64,000 nt of DNA from an uncultured Bacilli bacterium (GTDB lineage: Bacteria; Bacillota_I; Bacilli_A; RF39; UBA660): positions 43,076 through 107,075 of the forward strand of contig CAKPCB010000002.1 of NCBI GenBank assembly GCA_934141245.1, given 5' to 3'. Each line of letters begins with the position of its first letter. Positions within the stretch are counted from its first letter, which is position 1. The notes beneath the pieces are model-generated. The model saw only the letters and a list, made by a program, of their open reading frames with translations, had not been told where the DNA came from and searched no databases. Shown piece by piece: positions 18,650 through 29,451 of this stretch. The translations under genes and the position numbers were made by a program.

Positions 18650-19524
18650 TAAATGTGAAGTTTATTATAGATTTTATATTGAATAATGACACCATAATAA
18701 TGGCTTCTCTGTTTTTACTAATAATTGTACTATTACTTATTGTTGTAATAATGGATGCTGTTAATAGAAGAAAAAATTCAAAAAATGCAAAGTTAGTTTT
18801 AAAAAATGAAAATAATAATATTACGGATGTATTTAAAGAAAATTTATCTGAAGAAGTCGATTTATCAAAAACCAAAGACTTAGGTGAATATACAACGAGT
18901 TTAAATAATGACTCAAAAAACTCTGACATTGCAGAGATTAAATATGTTGATGAAGATGATGAAGAGTTGGAAAAAACTAAAGCACAACTTGAATTAAAAA
19001 ATTTGAAAGAAGAATTATTAAAAGCTGAACTTAAAGAAAAAACTGCTGCTGAAAAGGCAGTAATGATTGGGGATGAAGAAGAACAAATCCCTACAATAGA
19101 AAATTCTATTGACCAATTTGAATTAAGCCAAGAAGAAAATGCAATAATTAGTTTAGATCAATTTAATAAAGTAAGTGATAAGATATATAACGATAATGAA
19201 ATAACTCAGTATAAAGATGAAGGTAATGAACCAATAAGTATACAAGAGCTTGAGAAACTTTATAATTCTAATGAAACAGTAATTAAAGATGATATTAATA
19301 CTGATGTTAAAGAAGAAAAAATTGCAACAGCTGAAGCAATTCAGTCTAAATTTAAAAGTAGCCCTATAATATCTCCAGTTTTTGGAATAGATGATGGTGG
19401 CGATGAAAACATAAATAATATGGCACTTGAAAATACTGCAAATTTAGATAAGCTAAATGAAGAAATACGAAAAACAAATGAATTTTTAAATACTTTAAGA
19501 GAGTTAAGAAAAAATCTACAATAG
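18646..19524 (+). CDS. Hypothetical membrane-anchored acidic coiled-coil protein (true start probably the internal Met near 18703)
   Basis: Single N-terminal TM (MASLFLLIIVLLLIVVIM) then a Glu/Lys-rich helical region; no recognisable catalytic motif. Confidence 0.35.
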   Translation: MINVKFIIDFILNNDTIIMASLFLLIIVLLLIVVIMDAVNRRKNSKNAKLVLKNENNNITDVFKENLSEEVDLSKTKDLGEYTTSLNNDSKNSDIAEIKYVDEDDEELEKTKAQLELKNLKEELLKAELKEKTAAEKAVMIGDEEEQIPTIENSIDQFELSQEENAIISLDQFNKVSDKIYNDNEITQYKDEGNEPISIQELEKLYNSNETVIKDDINTDVKEEKIATAEAIQSKFKSSPIISPVFGIDDGGDENINNMALENTANLDKLNEEIRKTNEFLNTLRELRKNLQ

Positions 19525-19650
19525 ATATATTCTTAACTTTTTTAAATTTTACTACTAAAATATGTTTGACATATTAATAAATATATAATAATATTTATTG
19601 GTGTTTTAAATAGAATTATTGTTAGTATAACATTATAGGAAGTGTGAAAT

Positions 19651-20919
19651 ATGAAAGTTGGTATTTATACATTAGGATGTAAAGTTAATTCATATGAAAG
19701 TGAGTTTGTTAGAAACTTACTTGAGAATCATGGATATGAAATATGCGATTTTACGGATATTTGTGATATATATATAATTAATACATGTACTGTTACCAAT
19801 ACAAGTGATATAAAATCAAGAAAAATTATTAGACAAGCTAAAAAAAGAAATAAGGATGCATGTGTTATTGCAATGGGTTGTTTTATTCAGGCATCTAAAA
19901 ATAATATTATTGATGAAGTTGATATTGCAATAGGTAATAAGGATAAAAGTAGAATATTAGAATTAATAGATAAATATTATAAAGACAAACAAAAAATTAA
20001 TGATTTAAATAAAAACTTTGATGATAAGTTTGAAGATATGTTTATAGAAAATTATAAAAGTAAAACAAGAGCTTTCGTTAAAATTCAAGATGGTTGCGAG
20101 AATTTTTGCAGTTATTGCATTATTCCTTATGTTAGAGGAAAGTGTAGATCCAAAGATTTTGATAAAGTTATAAATGAAATTAGGCTATTAGCTGATAATG
20201 GTTTTAAAGAAGTTGTATTGACAGGTATTCATACTGGTAATTATGGTGTAGATATAAATAGAACTTTTGCAGAATTGTTAAGAGAACTTGTTAAGATAAA
20301 GAAATTAAAGAGACTTAGAATTTCTTCAATAGAAATAAACGAACTAAATGATGAAGTTTTAGAAATTATTAGAAATAATAAAATTATTGTTAATCATTTG
20401 CACATACCTATACAGGCAGCATCTGATAATGTGCTAAAATTAATGAATAGAAAATATACTTTGGGTGAATTTCAAAATAGAATTAAAAAAATAAAATCTA
20501 TTAGAGATGATATGAATATAACAACTGATATAATTGTTGGATTTCCACAAGAAACAGATGAAGATTTTGAAAAAGGATTAGATGTAATTAAAAATATTGG
20601 TTTTAGTAAGCTTCATGTTTTTCCATACTCAAAAAGAGATAAAACCGTTGCAAGTAAAATGCCACAAATTGATGATAAAATAAAAAAAGAAAGGGCAAGA
20701 ACATTATTAAAGTTATCGTCCTATTTAGAAACAGAATATATGAAAAAGCATTTAGGAAGTGAGGTAGAGGTCCTTGTTGAAACTAACAATGGAAAATATG
20801 CTTTAGGACATACTACTAATTACTTAAATGTTAAAATATATAATTCAAATGCAAAAAGCGAAGATTTAATAAACGTTAAACTAACTAAAATTGAATATCC
20901 ATTTATAATAGGGGAGTAA
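19651..20919 (+). CDS. mtaB: Radical-SAM tRNA methylthiotransferase, MtaB/YqeV-like (MiaB family)
   Basis: 422 aa; N-terminal MTTase domain (TLGCKVN), CxxxCxxC radical SAM motif (CENFCSYCIIPYVRG), C-terminal TRAM; adjacent to rsmE as in yqeU-yqeV. Confidence 0.75.
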   Translation: MKVGIYTLGCKVNSYESEFVRNLLENHGYEICDFTDICDIYIINTCTVTNTSDIKSRKIIRQAKKRNKDACVIAMGCFIQASKNNIIDEVDIAIGNKDKSRILELIDKYYKDKQKINDLNKNFDDKFEDMFIENYKSKTRAFVKIQDGCENFCSYCIIPYVRGKCRSKDFDKVINEIRLLADNGFKEVVLTGIHTGNYGVDINRTFAELLRELVKIKKLKRLRISSIEINELNDEVLEIIRNNKIIVNHLHIPIQAASDNVLKLMNRKYTLGEFQNRIKKIKSIRDDMNITTDIIVGFPQETDEDFEKGLDVIKNIGFSKLHVFPYSKRDKTVASKMPQIDDKIKKERARTLLKLSSYLETEYMKKHLGSEVEVLVETNNGKYALGHTTNYLNVKIYNSNAKSEDLINVKLTKIEYPFIIGE

Positions 20920-20926
20920 TTATCCC

Positions 20927-22225
20927 TTATTTTAATGCGTTTTTAACGCGATTTAGGTGGCATAATGTTACAATCAGTATATTTATACTAATTGAAGCTA
21001 AAAAGCCATATATGCCCATAAAATAAGCTCCTATAAATATTATTAAGCACTTTAATAATATACTAATAGTATTATCAATCACTATATATTTTGCTCTATT
21101 TATAGATTGAAGTGTAGAAGCAAGTGGTGCTTGTATATAATATAGTATAAATATTGGTGCTAGGAATCTAATATAAGTTGCACCTTCTTTTGTTTTATAT
21201 ATTAATTGTAGAAAATATTCTGGAAATATAAATATAATTATTGTAATTGGTATTCCAATAACTAAAGAAAAGAATATAGCTTGTTTTAGTTTTTTCTTTA
21301 CATATTCATTTTTCTTGTTAAAATATGCATTTGAAATGACTGGTAATAATGCACTACTAATAGCATTTGTAAAAAAACTAGGAAGTAATAATAGAGGCAT
21401 TACATATCCTTCAATTATTCCATATTCTTTTGTAATACCAAGTATTGAAATATTACTTAATGTTGCTGCTGCAGTTAATATTATTGGTTCAAAAAAATAT
21501 CCTATTGATCCAATTAACCTACCACCTGTTGTAGGTATTGCTATTCTTAGTATTTCTTTAATATTAAAAACGTTTGGCTTTATATCACTTTTAGTAATTT
21601 TAAATGATTTTGGAATAAATAAAAATAAAATAAAAATTGAAGTAAATTCACTTATTGCATTAATGGCCACTAAACAACTAACAGCATATATTAAATTTTT
21701 ATTAAATAATGTTGGTATTATTGTAACAATTAAAATCAATCTGATAATTTGTTCAAATATATTTGAAAGAACATGTGGTAACATTTTCTGCTTTCCAAAA
21801 AAATAGCCTCTTAGTATGCTTGATAAACTGTCAAATGGTAATACTATTGCAATAGCAAGTATTGGGTAATAACAGCGAGGATCTTTTAATAATTTGAAAG
21901 ATAATATAGGTGCAATAATAAATATTATTATCATTAAGATTATGTTAAGAATTAATGAAAATGGAATTATTGAAAACACTATATTTTTATTATTATGATT
22001 GTCTTCTGCAACCAATTTACTAATTGCAACAGGAAATCCTAACTGTGAAATAGTCATAAATAATGCAAATGTCGGAAAAATTAACATGTATAGACTTATA
22101 CCTTCTGTTCCGACAATTCTTGTCATTATTATTCTAATAACCATTCCAAGAATCTTTGTTATTGCTCCCCCTATAATTAATATTATTGTTGATATTAAAA
22201 ATTTTTCTTTTTTCATATTCACCAA
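20927..22225 (-). CDS. MOP-superfamily polysaccharide/lipid-II flippase (SpoVB/MurJ/Wzx-like)
   Basis: 432 aa, ~12 TM; N-terminus LISTIILIIGGAITKILGMVIRIIMTRIVGTEGISLYMLIFP typical of the SpoVB/polysaccharide biosynthesis family. Confidence 0.55.
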   Translation of the reverse strand: MVNMKKEKFLISTIILIIGGAITKILGMVIRIIMTRIVGTEGISLYMLIFPTFALFMTISQLGFPVAISKLVAEDNHNNKNIVFSIIPFSLILNIILMIIIFIIAPILSFKLLKDPRCYYPILAIAIVLPFDSLSSILRGYFFGKQKMLPHVLSNIFEQIIRLILIVTIIPTLFNKNLIYAVSCLVAINAISEFTSIFILFLFIPKSFKITKSDIKPNVFNIKEILRIAIPTTGGRLIGSIGYFFEPIILTAAATLSNISILGITKEYGIIEGYVMPLLLLPSFFTNAISSALLPVISNAYFNKKNEYVKKKLKQAIFFSLVIGIPITIIIFIFPEYFLQLIYKTKEGATYIRFLAPIFILYYIQAPLASTLQSINRAKYIVIDNTISILLKCLIIFIGAYFMGIYGFLASISINILIVTLCHLNRVKNALK

Positions 22226-22290
22226 ATAATATGTAAATTACATTAATGTAGAACATAAAAAAAATACCATTTAGGTAAATTTTATTTTTT

Positions 22291-22383
22291 TTATAAAAAA
22301 TAAGCTAGTATAGCAGCGGCAGAAGATAATACCATTGCAAGTAACAAGACAATTGTCACTATCTTTACTACAGTTTTATTCAT
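22291..22383 (-). CDS. Unannotated 30-aa hydrophobic peptide (MNKTVVKIVTIVLLLAMVLSSAAAILAYFL)
   Basis: Not in the ORF track (too short); ATG preceded by GAGGTG at ~9 nt spacing; single predicted TM helix. Confidence 0.25.
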   Translation of the reverse strand: MNKTVVKIVTIVLLLAMVLSSAAAILAYFL

Positions 22384-22485
22384 TTATTAACACCTCATAT
22401 AAATTATAACTAAATTATATGAAAAAGTAAATCTTTATTCATATTTAAAATCAAATCTTAATATCATTAACTGGGTGATATAGTA

Positions 22486-23118
22486 ATGAATAAAAAAATA
22501 TATGCAGCAAAGAAATCAATTATAATGCAGAAAAAATTCTATTTATTTTTAATTACATTAATGACTACAGGAATTATTGCAGGGATAATTTTTATTTTTT
22601 TCTTAAATAAAAATGATAAGAGTAATGTAACGCAAGAAGTTCAAAACTTTTTTAACTTGGTTAAAGTCAGTGAAGGAGTAAATTATAGTAAATCCTTATT
22701 AAATACTCTATTAATTAATATTGGATATGTATTATTAATATGGTTACTTGGTATATCAGTCATTGGATTCCCAATAATACTAGCTATATTATTTATGAAA
22801 AGTTTTATATTTGGTTTTTCCGTTTCGTCCATTATATCTACATATGGTTTTAAAGGAATCTTAGCAGCTATTTTATATAATTTTCCTCATAATATAATAT
22901 TAATGTTACTGTATTTATTACTAGGATTTTACTCGCTTTCATTTTGTTATAAATTATTTTGTCATCTATTTTTGAAAAAAAGCATTAATTTTAGTAGTGG
23001 AATGAATAAATACTTGAAAATTCTAGTTATTTCTATTATTGTTACAATTTTGGTTTCTTTATATGAGGTATTTTTATCTACTTATTTCATTAAACTTTTT
23101 ACAATACTTATAAAATAG
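22486..23118 (+). CDS. spoIIM: Stage II sporulation protein M-like (DUF95) membrane protein
   Basis: 210 aa, 4-5 TM helices with topology and size matching SpoIIM/DUF95. Confidence 0.45.
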   Translation: MNKKIYAAKKSIIMQKKFYLFLITLMTTGIIAGIIFIFFLNKNDKSNVTQEVQNFFNLVKVSEGVNYSKSLLNTLLINIGYVLLIWLLGISVIGFPIILAILFMKSFIFGFSVSSIISTYGFKGILAAILYNFPHNIILMLLYLLLGFYSLSFCYKLFCHLFLKKSINFSSGMNKYLKILVISIIVTILVSLYEVFLSTYFIKLFTILIK

Positions 23119-23144
23119 TGTATAATTAATCTTGGTGAATTTTA

Positions 23145-24251
23145 ATGAAAAAAGTAGTAATTGGTATGAGTGGTGGAGTAGATAGCAGTGTTGCAGCTAT
23201 ATTATTAAAAAAAGCGGGTTATGATGTTGTTGGGCTTTTTATGAGAAATTGGGATAGTTCAATAAATAATGATTTTTTAGGCAATCCAAATTTAAATAAT
23301 AATATATGTCCACAAGAACAGGACTATAATGATGCAATAGAGGTATGTAAAAAGTTGGGGATTGAATTACATAGAGTTGATTTTGTAAAAGAATATTGGG
23401 ATAATGTTTTCAATTATTTTTTAGAAGAGTTAAAAGTAGGCAGAACACCTAACCCAGATATTATGTGTAATAAATATATAAAATTTGATGCCTTTGTTAA
23501 AAAAGCAAAGGAACTTGGTGCGGATTATATTGCAACAGGCCACTATGCAAAGATGGAAAATGGTAAGTTATATAAAAGCTTTGACAAAAATAAAGATCAA
23601 ACTTACTTTTTATCTCAACTATCTGAAGAACAATTAAAAAATGTGCTATTTCCACTTGGTGATATTGATAAAACTGAAGTGAGAAAAATTGCTTCTAAAT
23701 ACGGATTAATAACCGCTAATAAAAAAGATTCCACTGGCATCTGCTTTATTGGTGAAAGGAATTTTAAAGAATTTCTTAAAAATTATCTGCCAAATATTCC
23801 TGGTGCCATTATAAATATTGAAAATGGTGAAAAATTAGGTACTCATATTGGCCTTATGTATTATACAATAGGTCAAAGAAAAGGGCTTGATATTGGTGGA
23901 AATGATGAACGATTATTTGTTGTTGGTAAAGATCTTAATAAAAATGTACTATATGTAGCTTTAGGAGATGATAATGAATATTTATATTCTGACAGCTGTA
24001 TAGTTGATAATATTAATTTTAATTGTTCAATCAGGCCATCAAAATGCAGTGCAAAATTTAGATATAGAGCACCAGATTATCCAGTTGAAATTGAATATTT
24101 GGATAATAATCAACTATTAGTTAAATATGATTCCATTAAAGCAGTAACACCTGGGCAAGCTTGTGTATTTTATTTAAATGATCAATGCTTAGGTGGAGGA
24201 ATAATAAAAGAGGTTAGAAAAAATAATGAAAAATTATGGTATTTGTTATAA
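23145..24251 (+). CDS. mnmA: tRNA-specific 2-thiouridylase MnmA
   Basis: 368 aa; PP-loop [15 protein letters not shown], catalytic Cys motifs. Confidence 0.9.
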   Translation: MKKVVIGMSGGVDSSVAAILLKKAGYDVVGLFMRNWDSSINNDFLGNPNLNNNICPQEQDYNDAIEVCKKLGIELHRVDFVKEYWDNVFNYFLEELKVGRTPNPDIMCNKYIKFDAFVKKAKELGADYIATGHYAKMENGKLYKSFDKNKDQTYFLSQLSEEQLKNVLFPLGDIDKTEVRKIASKYGLITANKKDSTGICFIGERNFKEFLKNYLPNIPGAIINIENGEKLGTHIGLMYYTIGQRKGLDIGGNDERLFVVGKDLNKNVLYVALGDDNEYLYSDSCIVDNINFNCSIRPSKCSAKFRYRAPDYPVEIEYLDNNQLLVKYDSIKAVTPGQACVFYLNDQCLGGGIIKEVRKNNEKLWYLL

Positions 24252-24376
24252 CATTTTAATATAACAAATATTTTTTTGTTTGTCTTTATTTTACCAAAAA
24301 TATAATTGTCAATTTACACTTGATTTTTGTAAATTAAAATGTTAAACTGTTTATAGTTAGAAGGGTAGGTATTAAG

Positions 24377-25144
24377 ATGCAGGAACTAAAGAAAATAATT
24401 GATGATATTGGTATTTCAAAAGTTAGACTAGCAAAATATTTAGGCGTTTCAAGGCAAATGCTTTATAATTATTTAGCATTATCTAAAATTGAAGAGTTAC
24501 CCAAAGAAAAAGCAACTCGACTTTTTGGCCTTTTAGGAATAGAAAATGAAAAAGACTTGGATAGCATTAAAATTGATGGAAATTATATTATTGAAGTTGA
24601 AGGCCGTTTAAATGAAGGCGTTAGAGATTCATCAGAAAGAGAAGTCCTAACAGATTTAAGAAATTTTAATAAAAAAGAACAAGAATTATTGACTGATATA
24701 ATAAACTTATTAAAAGAAAAATTGATGGATGACAATACAAAAACGACTTTTAATGCATACACATATTTATATCATTATTTGCAATCTATGGATAACAACA
24801 AAGAATTAAAATATATTTTAGCATATATGTCTAAATCCATGGGATTCACCGATCCAAATGAATTTGTATTTAATCCAGATCAGCAATTTATATTTGAAAG
24901 CATTATGTTTTCAGGAATGATTTTATATACAAATGGTAATGCATCTAAGTTGAAATTAGCAGAATCGCATAATAGATTTGAAAAATATATAGAGCAGAAA
25001 AAAGAAGAAAAGTTAAGTAGAACTCAAGAATTAAATACAGCTAAAGTACAAGCTTTAAAAGAGCTTGGATATACCGAAATAAATGAATCAAATGCAAAGG
25101 AAGTACTTGAAAAGATTGCTGAAATACAGTCAAGAAAAGTATAA
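24377..25144 (+). CDS. XRE-type helix-turn-helix domain protein of unknown function
   Basis: 255 aa; N-terminal HTH (ISKVRLAKYLGVSRQMLYNYL), remainder helical. Confidence 0.45.
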   Translation: MQELKKIIDDIGISKVRLAKYLGVSRQMLYNYLALSKIEELPKEKATRLFGLLGIENEKDLDSIKIDGNYIIEVEGRLNEGVRDSSEREVLTDLRNFNKKEQELLTDIINLLKEKLMDDNTKTTFNAYTYLYHYLQSMDNNKELKYILAYMSKSMGFTDPNEFVFNPDQQFIFESIMFSGMILYTNGNASKLKLAESHNRFEKYIEQKKEEKLSRTQELNTAKVQALKELGYTEINESNAKEVLEKIAEIQSRKV

Positions 25145-25160
25145 ATTATAACATTAATAG

Positions 25161-25201
25161 AGTAGTGTAGTAGTAAACAGTAAAAATACTACTACTTTTT
25201 G
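25161..25201 (+). terminator. Rho-independent terminator after the HTH gene
   Basis: gtagtagta...tactactac 9-bp stem followed by ttttt. Confidence 0.7.
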
Positions 25202-25810
25202 TTTGGGTGAATAAATTTAAAAATAACAGGAAATTTAATGTAGATGAAAAAAATAATAACAAGATTATTAATATAAATATTATTTAATTCTTTTAAAATT
25301 AAATAATATAATTATAAAATTATTTGTTCATATTGTAAAAACTAATAATACGATTCATAATATGAAAAATTTACATACTTTTATAAAAAATTAGAAATAA
25401 ATAACAAATATAAACTTAATATTAATATTTATTCTCCAAAATTATGTTACCTTTCAAACTTCCGATAATTGATATTATGTTGCCTTTGATATTTCTGATT
25501 TGATTTTTTAATCCTAAATTTAATAATAAATAATTTTAAAAAAATTACTATAATATTTATTTTTATATCCTTCTTCCCTAATTAAAATAGTTTAAATAAA
25601 TTATATATTAATTCTTTTTATATTTGCTTATTTATTTTTAACTTATAATTTATTAAAATTAAATTTTTCTACCTAATATTATAGGATCATCATATTTTGC
25701 ATTGAGATGAATAACTATGCATCTTTTTATATTTCAATACAAAATATTTATTAATATTTTATACATATTTCTTCCCTTTTGATTAAGACTAATTAATAGG
25801 AGGGAAGTTT

Positions 25811-26011
25811 ATGACAAAGAAAAACACTAGTAATCAGAAAATACATTGCGATGTTAATAGTTGTATTCATAACGATACAGATAAATGTTGTTGTGAGCTT
25901 GATGAAATAAAAGTTAGCTGTAATTGTTCTGAAGATAATGTAACTGAAAAAAAAGAAACTATATGTGAGAGTTTCGAATGTAATTGTGGATGTAATAACA
26001 AAGCAGAGTAG
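25811..26011 (+). CDS. DUF1540-like small cysteine-rich protein
   Basis: 66 aa with spaced Cys pattern CxVxxCxHN....CCC.....V.C...... repeated; RBS TAGGAGGGAAG. Confidence 0.5.
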   Translation: MTKKNTSNQKIHCDVNSCIHNDTDKCCCELDEIKVSCNCSEDNVTEKKETICESFECNCGCNNKAE

Positions 26012-26030
26012 GCCTCTTCCCTATTCTGCT

Positions 26031-27203
26031 TTATTTTAATTTATCTAAGAAACTCTTCCCTATTCCAGGGTTAATTACATCAAAATTATCTGCAATGGTT
26101 GCACCAATATCTGCCATAGTATCTAATATGTCCATTTTACCAGGCTCTTTAAAATATCTGTTATAAATTATAACTGGTACATTTTCCCTTGTATGTGCAT
26201 TTGAAATAGTTGGATCATTACCATGATCTGCAGTTATAATCAATAAATCATCATCTTCTAATTTATTTAATATTAATGGTATTTCAACATCTAATTCCTC
26301 AATACTATGTGCATAGCCCTCTACATCTTTGTTGTGTCCATACATACTATCAAAATCATTTAAGTTAATCATACATAATCCAGTAAAGTGTTTTTCCATT
26401 ATATCCATTAATTTACTGATTCCTTCGCTATTTCCTTTGTTAGATTTAACTACTTTAGTGATGCCTTCACCATTGAATATATCATTAATTTTACCTATAG
26501 ATATAACACTATAGCCCTTATCTTTTAATGAATTTAAAACACTTCTAGAAGGTGGCATAACGGCATATTCACATTTTTCACTTGTAAATCTATATTTACC
26601 ACTCTTACCAGTAAATGGCTTTGCAATAATTCTAGCTATCTTCCAATCTTCATTAATTGTAAGTCTTCTTATTTTTTGACAATATTCATTAAGCTTTTGA
26701 ATTGGAATAACATCCTCATGTGCGGCAACTTGTAGTGTAGAATTATATGATGTAAATAATATGACTGAGCCATAATCAATATGTCTATCGCCTAATTCAT
26801 TTATTATATCGGTACCATCACCTGATGTAACCTTATTTCCAATAACTCTTCTTTTAATAAGTAATTCGATTTTATCAATCAATTCAGTTGGGAAACCTTT
26901 ATCTGTAAAAGAGTGAAACGGAGTAAAGTTTTCAATTCCAACTATTTCATAGTGTCCTACAATACTATCTTTTCCTGCATTTTTGGGTTTAGCAATAGTA
27001 TAATATGCATCTACATCATTATTTTCACTCATATTAATGGTATTCATTATACCAAGTCTTTGCAAATTTGGAATAAATAGCGGATATTGTTCATTAATAT
27101 TTTTTAAAGTGTTTGCACCTATATCACCATATTCTTTTGCATCGCTTGCTTCCCCTACTCCAAGAGAATCTAATATCATTAAAAAAATTCTTTTATATTT
27201 CAT
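26031..27203 (-). CDS. deoB: Phosphopentomutase
   Basis: Start moved to MKYKRIFLMILDSLGVGEA (track start is an upstream in-frame Met); alkaline-phosphatase-like metalloenzyme motifs (DSLG, TADHGNDPT). Confidence 0.85.
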   Translation of the reverse strand: MKYKRIFLMILDSLGVGEASDAKEYGDIGANTLKNINEQYPLFIPNLQRLGIMNTINMSENNDVDAYYTIAKPKNAGKDSIVGHYEIVGIENFTPFHSFTDKGFPTELIDKIELLIKRRVIGNKVTSGDGTDIINELGDRHIDYGSVILFTSYNSTLQVAAHEDVIPIQKLNEYCQKIRRLTINEDWKIARIIAKPFTGKSGKYRFTSEKCEYAVMPPSRSVLNSLKDKGYSVISIGKINDIFNGEGITKVVKSNKGNSEGISKLMDIMEKHFTGLCMINLNDFDSMYGHNKDVEGYAHSIEELDVEIPLILNKLEDDDLLIITADHGNDPTISNAHTRENVPVIIYNRYFKEPGKMDILDTMADIGATIADNFDVINPGIGKSFLDKLK

Positions 27204-27204
27204 T

Positions 27205-28116
27205 TTAATTATCTCCTTTTTTGCTTCTAGGATGGTACAACTCATAGTCTTCTTTTATTTTATTATTTGATATATGAGTATATATTTTAGTAGTAGCAAT
27301 ATCGCTATGTCCTAGTAACTCTTGTATCACTCTTAAATCTGCTCCTCTTTCAAGCATATGCGTTGCAAAAGAATGTCTAAGAGTATGTGGTGAAATTTCT
27401 TTCTTTATTCCTTTTTCAATCAATAGTTTCTTTAATATTTTAAAAAAACTAAATCTACTAAGCTTAGTACCAAACCTATTAAGAAACAAATAATCATTTT
27501 TTTTATCTTTCAATAAAATATATCTATTATCAAGATATTTATTAATATAAAATATAACATATTCACCGATAGGTACAATTCTTTCTTTGCTACCTTTTCC
27601 CATGCATCTAACAACACAGTTTTCTAAATCTAAATCACCTAATTTTAAATTTAATAATTCACTGATTCTAAGACCAGTTGCATATAACAATTCTAACATA
27701 GCTTTATTACGATAGTCAAATACAGTATTGCATTCAATATTTAAGAGCTTATCCACTTCTTCAACTGTCATAGTTTTAGGTAGTGTTTTTTTTAATTTTG
27801 GTCTTTCTATTGTTTCAGCAACATTTGTTTTTATATAACCTCTTTGATATAGATAGTTATGAAAGTTTTTAATAGTTGTTAATTTTCTTGCAATACTTGT
27901 TATTTCATATTTTTCATTACTTAATTTTTCTAGGTAAAGCTCAATATCTCTAGTTTTAATATTAGCTGTGTTGTTAATACCTCTTTCATTTAAAAAATTC
28001 ATGTACTTTATCAAATCCTCTAAATATGATTCGACTGTATTTTTAGATAATCTTTTTTCAAACGTAACAAATCCAATATAATTGTTTATATCGTTTTTCA
28101 TATTATTGTAAACCAC
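27205..28116 (-). CDS. xerD: Tyrosine site-specific recombinase XerD-like
   Basis: 303 aa; R...HxxR...Y catalytic residues (HTLRHSFATHML...LGHSDIATTKIYTH); immediately upstream of deoB as in the Bacillus ripX-drm arrangement. Confidence 0.75.
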   Translation of the reverse strand: MVYNNMKNDINNYIGFVTFEKRLSKNTVESYLEDLIKYMNFLNERGINNTANIKTRDIELYLEKLSNEKYEITSIARKLTTIKNFHNYLYQRGYIKTNVAETIERPKLKKTLPKTMTVEEVDKLLNIECNTVFDYRNKAMLELLYATGLRISELLNLKLGDLDLENCVVRCMGKGSKERIVPIGEYVIFYINKYLDNRYILLKDKKNDYLFLNRFGTKLSRFSFFKILKKLLIEKGIKKEISPHTLRHSFATHMLERGADLRVIQELLGHSDIATTKIYTHISNNKIKEDYELYHPRSKKGDN

Positions 28117-28209
28117 CTAACTCACAACTTATATTATATCACAATTTAGTTTTCTTTAATAGACAGATAATTTTGTATATGATAAAATACATATGAAAAA
28201 GGTGATATT

Positions 28210-29439
28210 ATGGATAAACCACTTGCACTCAAATTGGCACCTAAATCATTAAAAGATGTATATGGTCAGTCACATTTGATTGGTGATAATAAAATAATTT
28301 CTAATATGGTTAAAAATAAAAAAATATTTTCTATGATTTTATACGGTAAACCAGGTATTGGTAAGACGTCAATTGCGAATGCAATAGTAAATGAATTAGG
28401 TCTTAGATATAGATTTTTAAATGCTACAATTAATAATAAAAAAGATTTAGATATAGTTATTGAGGAAGCAAAAATGTATGATGGAGTTATTCTTATTATG
28501 GATGAAATTCATAGGTTAAATAAAGACAAGCAGGATATATTGCTACCGCAATTAGAAAGTGGACTTATTACATTAATTGGTTTAACTACTTCTAATCCAT
28601 ATCATAGTATTAATCCGGCAATTAGAAGCAGATGTCAATTATTTGAACTTAAAGACTTAGAATCAAAAGATATTGTAAAAGCACTAAATATGGCCGTTAA
28701 AAGCGAATATTTGGAAGGAATAAAGATAGATGAAGCTGCTATAAATTATATTGCTAGCCTTTCTGGAAATGATTTAAGATTTGCATACAACCTACTTGAA
28801 GTTGCGTATTCCACATCAAGTAATAAAACAATTAATATAGATCAGATAAAGGAGATTAATAATAAGCCAGTATTTATACATGACAAAAATGAAGATGGTT
28901 ATTACGATGTTCTAAGTGCATTTCAAAAGTCTATAAGGGGAAGTGATGTAGATGCTAGTCTTCACTATTTAGCTAGGCTTATTGCTGCAGGTGATTTAGA
29001 TAGTATTTATAGAAGAATGAGTGTTATTGCCTATGAAGACATTGGACTTGCTAATCCATCTATTGGCCCAAAAGTAATGGCTGCAATTCAAGCTGCAGAA
29101 TTAGTAGGATTGCCAGAAGCTAGAATTCCTCTTGGAACAATGGTTACTGAAATGGCTTTATCTCCAAAATCTAATACTGCACACATTGCTCTTGACAAGG
29201 CATTAGAGGATGTTGAAACAGGTAGAGCTGGTGCAGTACCAAGTCATATAAAAACTAATTCAAATGATTATAAATATCCACATGATTATCCAAATGCATA
29301 TGTAGTACAACAATATCTACCAGATAATTTAAAAAACAAAAAATATTATGTTCCTAAAGATAAAGGTTATGAACAAAACATCAAATATGTTTATGATAAA
29401 TTAGAAAACATTAAAAAAAACACCTCAAATTCAAATTGA
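28210..29439 (+). CDS. rarA: Replication-associated recombination protein A (AAA+ ATPase RarA/MgsA)
   Basis: 409 aa; Walker A GKPGIGKTS, Walker B ILIMDEIH, MgsA C-terminal domain. Confidence 0.9.
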   Translation: MDKPLALKLAPKSLKDVYGQSHLIGDNKIISNMVKNKKIFSMILYGKPGIGKTSIANAIVNELGLRYRFLNATINNKKDLDIVIEEAKMYDGVILIMDEIHRLNKDKQDILLPQLESGLITLIGLTTSNPYHSINPAIRSRCQLFELKDLESKDIVKALNMAVKSEYLEGIKIDEAAINYIASLSGNDLRFAYNLLEVAYSTSSNKTINIDQIKEINNKPVFIHDKNEDGYYDVLSAFQKSIRGSDVDASLHYLARLIAAGDLDSIYRRMSVIAYEDIGLANPSIGPKVMAAIQAAELVGLPEARIPLGTMVTEMALSPKSNTAHIALDKALEDVETGRAGAVPSHIKTNSNDYKYPHDYPNAYVVQQYLPDNLKNKKYYVPKDKGYEQNIKYVYDKLENIKKNTSNSN

Positions 29440-29450
29440 AGTGTTTTTTA
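29419..29450. terminator. Bidirectional terminator between rarA (+) and the adhesin gene (-)
   Basis: aacacctcaa...ttgaagtgtt hairpin flanked by A-run and T-run. Confidence 0.5.
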
Positions 29451-29451
29451 A

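Noticed and set aside
21315-22229. + strand ORFs (163 aa, 76 aa) inside the flippase gene
   Set aside because: Antisense hydrophobic frames within a 12-TM membrane protein gene. No RBS.
27205-28116. Tyrosine recombinase as a prophage/ICE integrase marking a mobile element
   Set aside because: It is tightly coupled (overlapping stop/start) to deoB in the conserved xerD-deoB housekeeping arrangement. No att-like repeats, phage genes or tRNA nearby.
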